NCBI GenBank assembly: GCA_025201805.1
Contig: MU619257.1
Location: forward strand, 261,083-325,082
Direction: 5' to 3'
Source: Parasitella parasitica NRRL 2501
Lineage: Eukaryota; Fungi; Mucoromycota
DNA length: 64,000 bases
This document shows positions 15,135 to 27,344 of this stretch, one piece after another. The notes under the pieces are model-generated. The model saw nothing but the letters and a program-made list of their open reading frames with translations, had not been told where the DNA came from and made no database searches. The translations under genes were made by a program, and so were the position numbers. Position 1 is the stretch's first letter; each line of letters starts with the position of its first letter.

Positions 15135-15617
15135 ATGAACGGAGAAGCTGATTACGACACTAAAAAGTACGAGAAGCTCACAAGCAACTGGAATAATGAC
15201 CCAACAGCATTTTTGAGCCTTTATTATTCATTGTTTTATAAGAAATCGCAAGATCTGGTCATGTATGTTCGCCAGGCGCCTAGTAAAGTATGTGTGTTAG
15301 GAATGAGCACATTTCCAGCACAGCTTGCCCGGGTCAATATGCATTCTGAATTAGTAAGCCAAAAAGTAAAAAAGGATACTATCTTGTGCGATCTGCTTGA
15401 CGTGTCAGATCAAATCATTGGACATGTCAAAGCAGAGATGGATGGCAAGCTGCTGGAACTCAACAGTCGGTTTGCAACTGAAAGTTTGGATGCATTGTTG
15501 GGAGGGAAACATTGCATGGACATTGGGTTCATTGCCATCATTTTGCCCAAAGTGGAAGACACAGCTGTTCAACTAAAAGACTTTCAAACTGAAGAAGAAT
15601 ACTTTGGTCAACAATAA
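15135..15617 (+). CDS. Abitram/FAM206A-like protein (GcvH/single-hybrid-like fold)
   Basis: VRQAPSKVCVLG...ILCDL...VKAEMDGKLLELNSR...GFIAIILPK resembles the Abitram pattern (GxLxEVN...GYIAVVLPK), recognised from memory. Confidence 0.6.
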   Translation: MNGEADYDTKKYEKLTSNWNNDPTAFLSLYYSLFYKKSQDLVMYVRQAPSKVCVLGMSTFPAQLARVNMHSELVSQKVKKDTILCDLLDVSDQIIGHVKAEMDGKLLELNSRFATESLDALLGGKHCMDIGFIAIILPKVEDTAVQLKDFQTEEEYFGQQ

Positions 15618-15780
15618 CAATTATCCTTAATAGGCCTGAATCATGTGCATGTATCTCTGTGCCTGTGTGTGTATTTATGTGATACGACTCTCCAGAATAA
15701 AACTTTCTTTTTTTTTTTTTTTTTTCTTGCCTATCATTATTTCTCCCTTTCTGCTCCAACTTTTTAATCAGCACAATTGA

Positions 15781-17177
15781 ATGGGACAAGCAAGCTCATC
15801 GCCCAAATCTTTGGGATTTTTCAAAAAGAATCTAGTGACAAAAGAATACGAAGACATGTCAAACAAATTTACAAAAGCAACAATGTCTACATTGGCTGTG
15901 CCTGTGATTATTGTCGCTTATCCGTTGCTAAATGCGTACACCTTTCAAGATTCAGATATAACTGGATATCGTATTGTAGACGGCGCTATCGGCGGTGTAT
16001 TAGGCGTCATTGGCTGTAAGCATATAGATATTGCATTTACATTGGTGTTAACGCACATATCTTGTAGGGCCTTTGGCTCCAATTATGGCAATATGGGGTG
16101 CCATTCAAATCAACTTTAAAGAGAAGCCATCGCTACCATTGCCGGTTCCTGAAGAAATATTAGAGAAAGCTCAACAAGACATCAGTCTGAATATATCGCA
16201 GTTTTATAATGTTGCAGTTGTTGGATGCTCAGGAACAGGGAAGGTTTGTCTTGGCTTTGGAAATCGAAAAGGAGGGTTTGAGTGTTAAATGAAACCATAG
16301 AGCTCCATTGTAAATGCGATTCGAGGATACAAAGATATACATCCAAAATCATCCAAAGTGGGGGAAGTGGAAACAACAGAGAAACCACTACCCTTTCAAC
16401 ATCCCGATTTAACGTCTCTGATTATTTGGGATATGCCAGGTGTTGGCACATCAAGTCACCAAAGAGAAACCTACTTCCAAGACAACTATTTGAGTTGCTT
16501 TGATCTATTGGTGATCGTATTAGGTAACAGGTAGGACAAACAAGGGATGATGATCGAATTTGGAGGCTTATTCTGAATTAGGTTAATGCAGGACGACATT
16601 GATATCGCAACACAAGCCAAGGAACATAGAATTCCAATTTTGTTTATTCGTAGTAAATCAGATCAAGTAAGTGTAGGCATATCATTTCTGTTTCGTGGCT
16701 ATTACTGACACAAAAGCTAGGCAATTGAAAGCAAGACAATGAGACATGAGGGAAATGACGAATATCAATGGGCTACTGCAGTGGGTGAATTTGTGTTGGA
16801 GGTGAGACCTTTCTTTGTTTCGTTTTTTATAAATATGCGTGTAACCTGGGCAATGTTTACAGGTTCGAGACTCTGTCTTTTCACAGCTCCGGCAAAATCA
16901 ATTGAACACGAAAAAGTTGTTTATCGTATCAGCAGAATCGCTTAGGATGTTTGTAGCAACAATTAATAAACAAGAGGAACGAAAAACGATCAAAACTATT
17001 GATGAGGAACGATTTATGACATCTTTGATTGAAGGAGTTGTTACCAAAAGAAACTACTGCCAAAAACAGGCCAGACTACAGGAGAAACGAAAGAAAAAAA
17101 CGAGTAAAAAGAAACAAAAAGACATTTCATCCGTTGATAGCAATCAAAGCAATAATAATATCAATGGAAACGTGTAA
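15781..17177 (+). CDS. Immunity-related (IRG/p47, IIGP-like) GTPase with N-terminal hydrophobic segments; 6 exons
   Basis: Spliced model (introns 16016-16067, 16244-16300, 16531-16581, 16667-16720, 16802-16862) gives NVAVVGCSGTGKSSIVNAIRG (G1), VGEVETT (G2), QHP..LIIWDMPGVGT (G3), FDLLVIV, DDIDIA and FIRSKSD (G4). Starts MGQASS. Confidence 0.85.
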
Positions 17178-17461
17178 ATCTATCAATAAATAATGCTTGT
17201 GTGATGATATAAGATGTCTATATTTGGTTGCTTATGTAGCAAATTGCTTGAATGTCTGCATGAATTGTGTGAAATGGTGCGATGTCGACGTTCAGATCAG
17301 GTATTCGTTTGTAGTGCTCAGTCTAGCAATCCTTCAAATGTCACAAATGCTCATGTATGATAAAACTACCTTTCACATGAATGCAAGAGCCTATTTTCCT
17401 TAGCCATCGTTCTTCACTGTCATTATTCATATTATCACTTAGCTACCAAGAGCATTTAAAA

Positions 17462-17727
17462 ATGGGCTCTTCAAGAAGCAATGCTATAACAAAGTAGTTG
17501 AGAACGCCAAGAAAACTGTTAGCGACGCTGTCGGAAATGATTCGCTTCAATCCAAAGGCCAACCTCAAAATATTTCAGGTAAAATCGAAAGTACCTTGGT
17601 CAACGTGAAAAGGTATGCTACAGGTGCATACAATCAAGCTTCAGACGCTGTCAAAGGCACCATTGATTATTTGCCTGGCAATACCACCTATGAAGCTGGC
17701 GATGAGGTTATAAAAAAAAAAGTTTAA
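17462..17727 (+). pseudogene. CsbD/Hmp1-like small hydrophilic stress protein pseudogene
   Basis: ATG frame MGSSRSNAITK stops early. A shifted frame with no start reads YNKVVENAKKTVSDAVGNDSLQSKG...KRYATGAYNQASDAVKGTIDYLPGNT, resembling fungal CsbD-like repeats. Confidence 0.55.
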
Positions 17728-18151
17728 TATACACAAAGCTTAGTTTGGTTAAGTAGAATGGCATTATAAAGAAGTGCCTGAATGTGAAGATGAAATACTA
17801 TGATTCTATCTTAGACAAAACATTGCCGTTGAATCCAGAAATCTCATATCACTTAAGCATTACAGTACTATTTCTTTTATTTGACCTGTGAAATTTGCTG
17901 TATATAACCCTACAAAATGTACTATATATCCAGGGTGCTTTGAATGTCGCACAGGCAATAAAAGTTACTATTCCTTATTGTTGCTGTTGTTTGTGCCTGC
18001 TATCTACAAATGCAGCATTATTAAATAAGTACATTTACGAGCACTAATGAAAGAAAAAGTAGGAGAAAATAACAAAATGCAAGCAATTTCTACATTTAAT
18101 ATTTGTAAGAATGCTCTATTTTGACGAGGATAATGCAATTGACGGTTGCAA

Positions 18152-19510
18152 CTATAAAAAATATTTAATTCGGATAGTTTGTTTTGATTTCGATCTTCTT
18201 GATCTAGCAACTGAAGCCGCAGCTGCAGAAGAAGGCGATATCAACACCAAGAGTGCTTGTGATCTCTTTTGCGATTTTCTTTCTTGAATAATGGGCTTAC
18301 TGGAGCTATGTACAGATAGCGTTGTTTTTGTATCATCGTCATCATCCTCTTCTAGCTCACTATCGCTACTGAGTATACTACTAAAAACACTTTTACTGTC
18401 ATAGGATCTAGTAGGCCGAGGCGCAATCGCTTCTGTTGTGTTTTCGTGGTGCTCGCAGCAGGAGCCAGTGCTACATGGTGACAAAAAATGGTTACCGCCT
18501 GAAACCTCAACTTTTTCATCAAAGGCGCCATTGCTGCTATTGTTGATAACCTCCTTGTTTTTGTCGTCTAATAATAGCTTCGCTGTCTCCTTTTGTTTCT
18601 GTCCCTTAATATTATGGTCAGTTTGCCGCTGACAATTATTTTGGGATGATGCATAGAGCAGTTGAGATGCTAATGTAAAAGATTGGCTATTCTTCAAAAC
18701 TTTTGGTCTTATTACTGGGCTATCAGTGGTAGGCTGTACTGCTTCATCAATCGCTTCATTGATCATGTCGCGTAGAGAAATAGACCGAACCCTTGATTCC
18801 TTTTGAGAGTTTCTAAAGTGGTATCTGGGGGGCAAGGCCAAATGATTTCTGCTTTCATGGAAATCTGTTTGACGGCGGCGTAAATTAGTACGCACTAAAT
18901 CAGATAAATAAGTCAATTGAGAAGCACCATCGTCTTGGTCGCTGTCACCTTCTGTTTGCGTTTTTTTTGGTACTGTATGAACAATATTCTTGCGGGGGTG
19001 GTGAGAGAATATCTCACTCTCATCTTCATTATCAAAATCAAATATATTTTCACTGGCAACGTTCGGAAGTGATTGAGCACGACCAATTTCTGATAGTAAA
19101 GACGGACTACTATTGCTATAGTTTTTTAGGTGATGACTTGACGATTTGCTGGTAGCCGACAATTCGTGCAAAGAACTGTTACGTCCATTGCTTCCAAAAA
19201 GAGCATACTTACTTTTGTACAATGTTTTGCCAATGATTTCATTACCACACTCGCCAATACCGTTTGATCTATTGGTGTAAGTTGGAGATCTTAATTCAGA
19301 GCGCAATTTAATGAGGCGAGATGCATAGTGAATACAGGACTGGAAGTTTCTGCCGTTAGTGAAGAGATCTTCATTGTTATTGTTGTTAACGTTCTTGTAA
19401 CTATATTTAGATGTCGGTTCATGGCTAGTGTCGTTATGCAAAGATGGAAATACTAGAGAAGGCTGCTTAAAAACACCATCTAATGATGACTCTGTCGAAA
19501 TTAAAGACAT
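18152..19510 (-). CDS. Hypothetical Ser/Asn-rich protein (452 aa), no recognised domain
   Basis: Long uninterrupted ORF in AT-rich DNA with protein-like composition. Confidence 0.7.
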   Translation of the reverse strand: MSLISTESSLDGVFKQPSLVFPSLHNDTSHEPTSKYSYKNVNNNNNEDLFTNGRNFQSCIHYASRLIKLRSELRSPTYTNRSNGIGECGNEIIGKTLYKSKYALFGSNGRNSSLHELSATSKSSSHHLKNYSNSSPSLLSEIGRAQSLPNVASENIFDFDNEDESEIFSHHPRKNIVHTVPKKTQTEGDSDQDDGASQLTYLSDLVRTNLRRRQTDFHESRNHLALPPRYHFRNSQKESRVRSISLRDMINEAIDEAVQPTTDSPVIRPKVLKNSQSFTLASQLLYASSQNNCQRQTDHNIKGQKQKETAKLLLDDKNKEVINNSSNGAFDEKVEVSGGNHFLSPCSTGSCCEHHENTTEAIAPRPTRSYDSKSVFSSILSSDSELEEDDDDDTKTTLSVHSSSKPIIQERKSQKRSQALLVLISPSSAAAASVARSRRSKSKQTIRIKYFL

Positions 19511-19520
19511 TATTAAATGA

Positions 19521-19521
19521 G

Positions 19522-19553
<32 letters not shown>

Positions 19554-19563
19554 NNNNNNNNNN

Positions 19564-19651
<88 letters not shown>
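19521..19651. repeat. Long poly(A) tract containing an assembly gap (N run)
   Basis: Directly visible. Other N gaps at ~34964-34973 and 59151-59160 are also at homopolymers. Confidence 0.95.
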
Positions 19652-19655
<4 letters not shown>

Positions 19656-19978
19656 AGCCAGAATAGCAGCTATATATACAAGCAAATTTAAGGGATATAT
19701 GTATACATATTCGTATCAAGACTGATCCTCTACATGTTTCCATTGTAATAAACATAATAGTTTCAATATGATTTCTAAAGGGAGTCGCTATTGTCTACTG
19801 AAAACAAAGTTTTTTTGATTTTCAGGTACTTTACAATTACCATGTCCTACCATGCTGTCAAATTGTAAGATTTTTATCTTGTGAGATAATAATAAAAGTA
19901 CAGGTACATTTTATTATGATGTATATAGTATATATGTAAAGCAGTATGATATGTACAAAATTGGATAATTACAACTAT

Positions 19979-21217
19979 TTAAACCATATTATCAGCAGCA
20001 TCTGATGATAGTAGTAATGGGGAAACCTCGTCTCTCTTGTTTGTATAGTTAGATGCGTCGGTTGTTATGTCTCGCTTACAGATTGGGCACTATTAATGCA
20101 AAACGAGTTATTATCGTACACCATTTCAGCCTCAAAATACACGTTACCAGTTTCTTTTGTGTGGTTAACCATGCATCAACGCATAGTGTGTGAAACTGAT
20201 GATTGCAAGGTAACAGTCTCAATTCATTACCACTCTGATACTCTTCCAAACATATTGCACAACTATCAGGCTCTTGCTCTTTTTCGTCCAACTTGAATAT
20301 TTTGACAGTTAATTTCGACACTACGGAAACAGGCGCTAGCTCTCTTCTACGTTGGACTCCTTGTCGAATCTTCCAGGAGATGTAGATCAAAAACAGCATG
20401 ATCAAAGGGGATACGACCACAATAATCAAGATGTCAATTAATGGCCTATAGTACAGGGATTGATTAGCAAACAGTAACATCACATTCAAAACAACAACAA
20501 ACGGCCTCTCCCCCCTCTTTTTTTTCCCCTCTTTTTCCATTTACCCCTATTCGTACATGTATTTCTCTTAAAAAAAAAAAAAAAGAGTAAATGACTTACC
20601 AAGTGACAATATCATCATATTGTAAAACTGCCATCATAGGCGTATCTAATACCTTTGATAACTGCAGAATTTTATTGTATTCTTTCATTGCCAAAAATAC
20701 ACTGGGAATAGTAACATCGGTTGTATCGCCTAGCGTTGTTTGTAACACAAATGAGAAAAAAGCTTAGTTGCCAAATGTGAAAAAAATAAAATAAAACAAA
20801 GCCCTTAGTCTTACCTGGCGCATACATGGTGATCCAGCCTGAATGCTCTGGATCGCCTACGACAACAGCAACAGCACCGCTCTTTTGCATATATCGAACT
20901 TTTGTAATGAACGAGCATCCGCCTCTCTTCACTAATGCAATCCAGTCAGAACAGGGTGGCTCAACTATGCTACAACCAGTTGGATCTTGGCTCGGTTCGA
21001 CTATAAAGCCGATTTTGCCATTAGGTGAGATTCTAGGACCAAATACTGCACTTCTGTCTTCAAACGTTTCATTTGAAATCTAATTAAAAATAGTTGAGTA
21101 ATTCAAATCCATATGTGATGTGCTAGAATAATCAAACTTTACTGTGACATGTGTTGATGCATAGACAAAGGAGATGAAATACGAAATAAATACCAGCCAA
21201 AGGGGATGTAATCTCAT
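19979..21217 (-). CDS. PA-TM-RING (RNF13/RNF167-like) E3 ubiquitin ligase, multi-exon
   Basis: Signal peptide MRLHPLWLVFISYFISFVYA; PA domain (DRSAVFGP, WIALVKRGGCSFITKVRYMQKSGAVAVVVGD); TM helix; RING-H2 CAICLEEY...LRLLPCNHQFHTLCVDAWL...CPICK. Confidence 0.9.
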
Positions 21218-21505
21218 TGCTTGCTATGGAGGGTATATTTATATATGTATACAGCGGTAGACGCAATTGAAGAAGAGGAAAGGGAAAAAAAAAAAAGTAA
21301 GAAAAAAAGGTTAAGGAAGAAAAAAGAAGCAGTTTCTATTTCAATGATTTTCAATCTGCTGCTTATATAACTTTGTAAGAGTATCATAACAGTTACCAGA
21401 TGCAGCAATGGCAATTGAAAAACCGCATTCTAAAAAAGTTTTTCGCATTTCACTTTCTTGTTTCTGCTTTCTTTTCCTTCTCCATCTAATTTCACTGCAA
21501 GAACG

Positions 21506-23247
21506 ATGGAGGACCCGAATCACCATATTGGCCATCACCTGGCGCCTTGGAAAAGCGCTGAACCAACATCCAAAAAACGCTCATTCAGAAGACTATCGTT
21601 TTTCAAACCAGCCGAGGGCCATCCATCTGTGTCACCCGTATTAACAACGAATACCATAAATAAAGAATATGACCCAGAAACTGGAAATAAAATTATTAAT
21701 AACTTTATGATTATACAAGAGATTGGAAGAGGAATGCACGGCAAAGTCAAATTAGCTGAAGACCTCGACACAGGAGAGCTCGTTGTAAGTTTTCCTTTGA
21801 TTACTCCTTATTGACCACAGCTCCTTAACAATCTTCGAATTCCATTTAGGCAATCAAAATCGTCGATAAACAATCAAGAAGAAGACAGCTGGGCTACAGT
21901 GCATTACGAGCAAAACATGGCGACGACTCTACCATTGAAAGCGAGCAGAAAATCAGAAGAGAGATTGCAATTCTAAAGAAATGTGCACACCCTCATGTGG
22001 TTCGATTGAAGGAAGTGATTGATGATCCTGCAAGCAGAAAAATCTATTTAGGTAACTTTGCATGAATTCCGATTTGAAACTTTTATTGAATTCGTTCCAG
22101 CATTGGAATACATGGATGGAGGCGAAATTATTTGGAGAGAAGACGATGAAAGCAACACTCCTGTATTGACAATGGATGAAGCTCGAAGTGTTTTTAGAGA
22201 CGTTGTCAGTGGTTTAGATTACCGTTAGTGCGCAGATAATAATGAAATATAACAATCAAATTGATCCCTCTATTAGTTCATTATCAAGGAATTATTCATC
22301 GTGATATCAAACCCGCCAATCTGTTGCTGACTCATGATGGAGTTGTTAAAATATCAGATTTTGGTGTCTCTTATTTCAATCAACATTTAGCTGGATCAAA
22401 GAACCAATACGACGATGAAATCGATAAAGAGTTGGCAGAAACTGCGGGTACCCCGGCTTTCTTTGCTCCTGAGCTTTGCAGCTCGTTAGAGAACAATCAC
22501 CATGATGATAGACACATTACAAAAGCTATTGATGTGTGGGCGCTGGGTGTAACTCTATATTGCTTGCTTTATGGCCAATGCCCGTTTACTGCCTCTACAG
22601 AATTTGAACTTTTCGACATCATTCCCACTGCGCCTCTCGTATTCCCACAGGAAACACCTGATAATCTAGTAGACTTATTAGAAAAATTACTAGCCAAATC
22701 TCCACAAGAGAGAATAACATTGGAACAAGTGAAACACCATCCATGGGTAATTGAAGGTCTGGAGGATCCAAATGCATGGTGGAAAGAAGCAGACCCTACT
22801 CTATATAAAGCAGTCGAAGTAACAGATGAAGATGTAAATCGTGCAGTGACGATCATGGATAGATTTAGAAGGACGATTCGACGTATATCCTCTTCGCTGT
22901 CCAATTTAACTCAAAGCTTTTCTCGTAAAAGTTCAACAGCCTCTTCTATACCTTCCTCTTCAGATATCCACCCTTCTCCTACCAATACAACATCAACCAT
23001 AAATACATCCGCCACTACACATCCTGAGGAGATGCAACCGCACAATCATAATAGTGGTTGGAAGCCAGCATCATTTCATTCGTTGACTTACTCGGAGGAT
23101 GAGGTTCAAGATGATAAAATAGAACAGTCTTTACCAAATCATATATATCAGCATCATCATCCTTTTCAAATTGATAGAAACGACTCTTCTGGATCTTCAA
23201 TGTCTGGTTTAGTTGTTACGTTCAGTCGATCTGAAAATCATAAATAA
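21506..23247 (+). CDS. Ser/Thr kinase, CaMKK/SAK1-Ssp1 (Snf1-activating) family, multi-exon
   Basis: IGRGMHGKVKLA, VAIKIVDK, IRREIAILKKC, HRDIKPANLL, DFGVSY, ELAETAGTPAFFAPELC, IDVWALGVTLYC. Confidence 0.9.
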
Positions 23248-23660
23248 CTTTATTAGAATTACTCGTACCATCATACAAAGAAAAAAAGAAGAAAAAAAGA
23301 CAACAGAAATTCTCTTTATATACCTCTCTTTATTTGCCTGCTTTAAATTAAAGAAACGAGATATAGAAGCATTTTAGAAATGTACAGCTGCATAAATTTT
23401 GTTCCTGAATAAAGTATCATTTCGTTCACCGCTTGCAACTACAAATGGACAATATCAAATACTATGTGGCACCGCTTCACAATGCCCAGCCAGTTTCAAT
23501 TCACGAATTAAAGATGTCAAATTTCATTATTACGCCATACTTGATGATGGTGACCTCTCTAGCAAATAATTGTTACATTGTTTTTATGAACAACCTTCAA
23601 ATCGCTATAATGGAAATATGGTACACTGTCATTTTGCAGTTTCTTAAAATAAAGATCAAT

Positions 23661-23750
23661 TAAATGATAAAAATTAGGGTAATTGTGATAATATATATTA
23701 GGGTTTCTGGAGAGAAGAGAAATGTCTCCCTAAAAAGAGTTTAAGTGGGG
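23661..23750 (+). repeat. Short dispersed repeat module (copy 2 of 3)
   Basis: Direct similarity to ~10993-11120 (ATATATTAGGGTTTCTG...AGAGAAGAGAAATGTC). Confidence 0.6.
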
Positions 23751-23814
23751 ACTTCTATACTTAGAGAAAAAGAGCAATTGCTTTGTTTCATTTATAGTGA
23801 AAATTTAAAGAAAG

Positions 23815-24974
23815 TGTGTTGTGAAAGAAGCTCTCTGCCAGCGTAGATTTTAGGCGGCCTTTATTTTGTCTACGCGAACTACTGTTAGAAAAAAGACAAA
23901 AACTGTAAGAAAACAATGTTTAGCGATTTTAAACACAAAAACAATTAATTCAAAGTAATAAATTAGACTGTAAGGTACCTTTTGATCACATATTTTTATA
24001 GCTTAGAGCAAGTTTTTGTACTTTTAAGTTGACATCAGATGAAGGTGGCGACTTTTCTGAATTTTTTTCGGAAAAGTATTTTTCAAAATCGGAGCGTGAG
24101 ATCGTCAGGCCAAGTACACACATGCAAGTACTATCATTAGAAAGCCAAGAAGCACACCATTTAAATAAACTAGGCTTCAATTGTTTCTCTCTTAAATTGG
24201 ATAAGCTATGGCTTCTCAAAGCTGATGCTTTCTTTAAAAAACCACCATTTTTCTTTGATAGCGGAGATTAAACGCGTCCAAAAACTGAAAGGAAAGATTC
24301 CATTTGGACAAAAAAAAACGAAGTTACTCCTTTGAGGCAAGATATCATCCTCTGATACTATGCATACCACCGCTGTAAGTCTATAATAATAGCTGTATTT
24401 TTGGACGCTTTACAAGATGGTATTATTTCATAATTTTTGTATGCTTATGGAAGAAGTTATATTGAGAAAACCTCAAAACAGATCAAGAGGGAAAAGTCAA
24501 TATTTTGCTTAATTAGAGCGCATTTTCACTCTTTCAGATCAAGGAATGGTCTTTTGCGATCATTTTCCTCCAATTTATGCTATAGTAAAAAGTTGCATTT
24601 TTGAGGCCAAAATCGAGGATATTGCATAATCAATGATTTGGATGCGTGAATTCAAGGAAAAAATCGAAAAAATCCGTGATTTTGTATCGAAAAAAAAAAT
24701 CATGCTCAAATTGCACCAAAATCATATATAATATAGTTTTTAACCAATGGATACTATTTTTCGTGTTTTCAGGGCACTTTTGATTATATAAATCAGTCAA
24801 AAATGGCACACGAAGCTAAAGTTTTTGCTTTTAAGCTGTAAAAAATACCTATCTGGAGGTGATTACCACGTCAAAATCAATTTTAGTACATGACATAGCT
24901 CTATAAAGTAAGTTTTTTTTTGGTGCCTCAAGTATACCTTTCTTCATAGTAAAATGATCAAACAGGTGTGGCTC
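23815..24974 (-). repeat. ~1.2-kb non-coding repeat, copy B (inverted relative to 11824-13023)
   Basis: End-to-end reverse-complement similarity to copy A. Confidence 0.9.
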
Positions 24975-24976
24975 GT

Positions 24977-25090
24977 ATTCTCTCAAAAACTTCTCAGCTT
25001 TTATCAGAAACCCTTATATATATCATCACAAACACCGTGACATTTATCATTTACTTGAACTTATTTTTTAAGAAACCATAAAAAGGCTGT
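24977..25090 (-). repeat. Short dispersed repeat module (copy 3 of 3, inverted)
   Basis: Reverse complement matches 10955-11090 (TTTTATGGTTTCT...AGTAAATGATAAATGTCACG...AGGGTTTCTGATAAAAGCTGAGA). Confidence 0.75.
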
Positions 25091-25734
25091 ACATCCATTG
25101 GATTTTTTTTTACAAACTTGTGGAAGTTATAGGGGGAATTAGTAGTTTGAGAAGGTTTTGCTGGAAGAAACAATTCGGGTAAGGCTGGAGATAAACTTCT
25201 CGATGTTGACTTTATATGATGATCTACAATAAGCATTTCCCGCTCTGGGTTTCTTCCCTCACTACAGTCAACCATACATGTGTTGTAAACTTATCACTAA
25301 TAATGACTTTTCTATGGACATCCTGTCTACTGGAGCTATTCGTGTCTCTCAAATTCTGTGATTTTTGGTACAGGACAACTCTGTTATCATTACGGCGAGA
25401 ATGTTGGTTGCAAATGAACCAAACTTGGGTGTGGTTTTATCGGTATATTTGTACATCCAGTTTTGAAACGGGACTTGGCAGGCTTCCATGATCATTCTAG
25501 TTGAAAGAAATTTTTCATAAGAATTTCTCAAAACCGTCAGAACAAAATAGAAAATGTTATCATGTTGGAATCTTCTTTGAAGTTGTTTTTTGAGCGAAAT
25601 TCAAAGATATATAAAGGTAATAAAGAAATCATCTATTCAGTTTAATCGTCTTTTTCGCCCGGTCATTACCAGCTTCTTTTAGATTCACATTCTCCCTTAA
25701 ACTTCCATATATTTCACGCATTTGTCACATTTTC

Positions 25735-26290
25735 ATGTCTGCCATACAATAATAATTACGCAGGCTGCAGCAAAAGCTGGCTACTCTCCAAGAACAAATC
25801 AATAGTGCCTCACACATGCAGTTAGCGGACGACACTTCCCACATCATACCTGTTCATTCTTTTGATGGGCTTCCTTCTTATTACTGGAATCCCTCTCAAC
25901 AACTTACTACATTGATCCGATTGAACGTCCCTTTGCGTAAATCCCAATCTCTTCAAAACAAGGAGTTTCTAATGGCACATCTTAGCTACGAGGCTCCGGC
26001 GACTATTCCCATGGCTGAACACTCAATGAACAAAGGTCAGCGATGTGAAGATAAATCCCTTCAGCATCTTCAAAACCTGTTATCGGCTGTCTTTCGCTCA
26101 ATAGATATTCTTTACACATGAATTTACGGTTTCTGAATCTGACAAAGCTGTGCGTCGTCTTTTACTTCATCTAGTTTCGTCTATGGACCATACTAGAAAA
26201 AACATTGCTTTCCGAGCTATCAACCCCTCTTTCTCATTGTCAACTGATCCTGAAATTAGACACACTATGTCTCACATATTATTTATCGAT
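25735..26290 (+). mobile_element. Decayed retroelement ORF1/gag-like fragment (possibly DIRS-type)
   Basis: LLSAVFRSIDIL...LLLHLVSSMDHTRKNIAFRAINPSFS is homologous to the broken frames at ~40480-40665 (AAFRPLDI...ILLHVCSTVTHVRNNIALGTVNPSFS). DIRS assignment is from recall only. Confidence 0.5.
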
Positions 26291-27344
26291 TACTATTGCT
26301 CATTAAAGATTTTGAAGAGAGCTTTTTGGCTCTCTTGTGTAAAATTTGCAGACATACATAACTACTGTGTATGGACTCCATTTTTTAAGCGGGTGGTGAT
26401 GGGATAGTAAATTGAAGATTTATGTTGTGGAATGCGTCATGACACATTCGAAGATGACCTTTGATACACTATTTTCACTTATTATTCTCTGAATGCGCAA
26501 ATAATAAGTGAAAATAGTGTATACAATTATGTTTCTATAAGGATTTATTCTCTGTTACAATTCGGAATCCAAATGATATGATCTGGGCAAGTGGGCTTTG
26601 ACACAGATTATTATGAACACACAAATGATAGATACTATCACTAGTATAGCAAACATGATATGTGTCGCTGGTGTCGCATGTACTGGTGCTGGTGCTGCAG
26701 TATAATTGCAGAGTGATTTGTTGCTGCTTGCCCTTATTCTTCTCTTCTTCAACTCGCTACTATCGCTGCTATTGACTGATGGTTGCTCTCCAAATCGGGA
26801 TTAACTATTGACATTTTGCAAAGATGAAAGGAAAAGAGCAACAGAAAAAGGGAAGAGTAATAAAAAAAAATGGTTTGTTTTCATCTCGTGCCTGATAAAA
26901 TAACACTATACCAGCACGAGTGTAATCTCCATCACAAACCGTTGCCTTTTCGAGACAAAGTGCTACACTGAGCAGATCATAAAATACGAAACAGGCAAAG
27001 ATCGTCAAAGATGTTGAAACATCAATGAAAGCTAGTATAGGTGTAACAGATTACTGAACTATCAACGTCTTTTGACTGTCGCAAAAATAGGCACACACAC
27101 AGAAAAGTAACGTTATGCTACTTGAGCTACTTGTTTTGAAGAGCATAAACACAAATATATTTGCATTTACGAGGAACCCTAATCTCAAAGGATAACAATA
27201 AAATTATTAATTAGCTATTAGTGCATCTACATCAGAACGAAAATCAAAAAATCTAGGAGGGAAATTGGACGCATATTTCCCACTTTTTTCTCTCTCGAAC
27301 TCCTTTTTTTTTTCAATTCTTTATTCTTTCTTTTTGTAAAAACG

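Noticed and set aside
19467-19755. Poly-Lys / poly-Phe ORFs (also 45865-46272 and 59008-59259)
   Set aside because: Artefacts of A/T homopolymers and N gaps.
26555-27010. Possible small minus-strand membrane protein
   Set aside because: Hydrophobic ORF fragments could not be joined in frame with canonical splice sites or a start codon.
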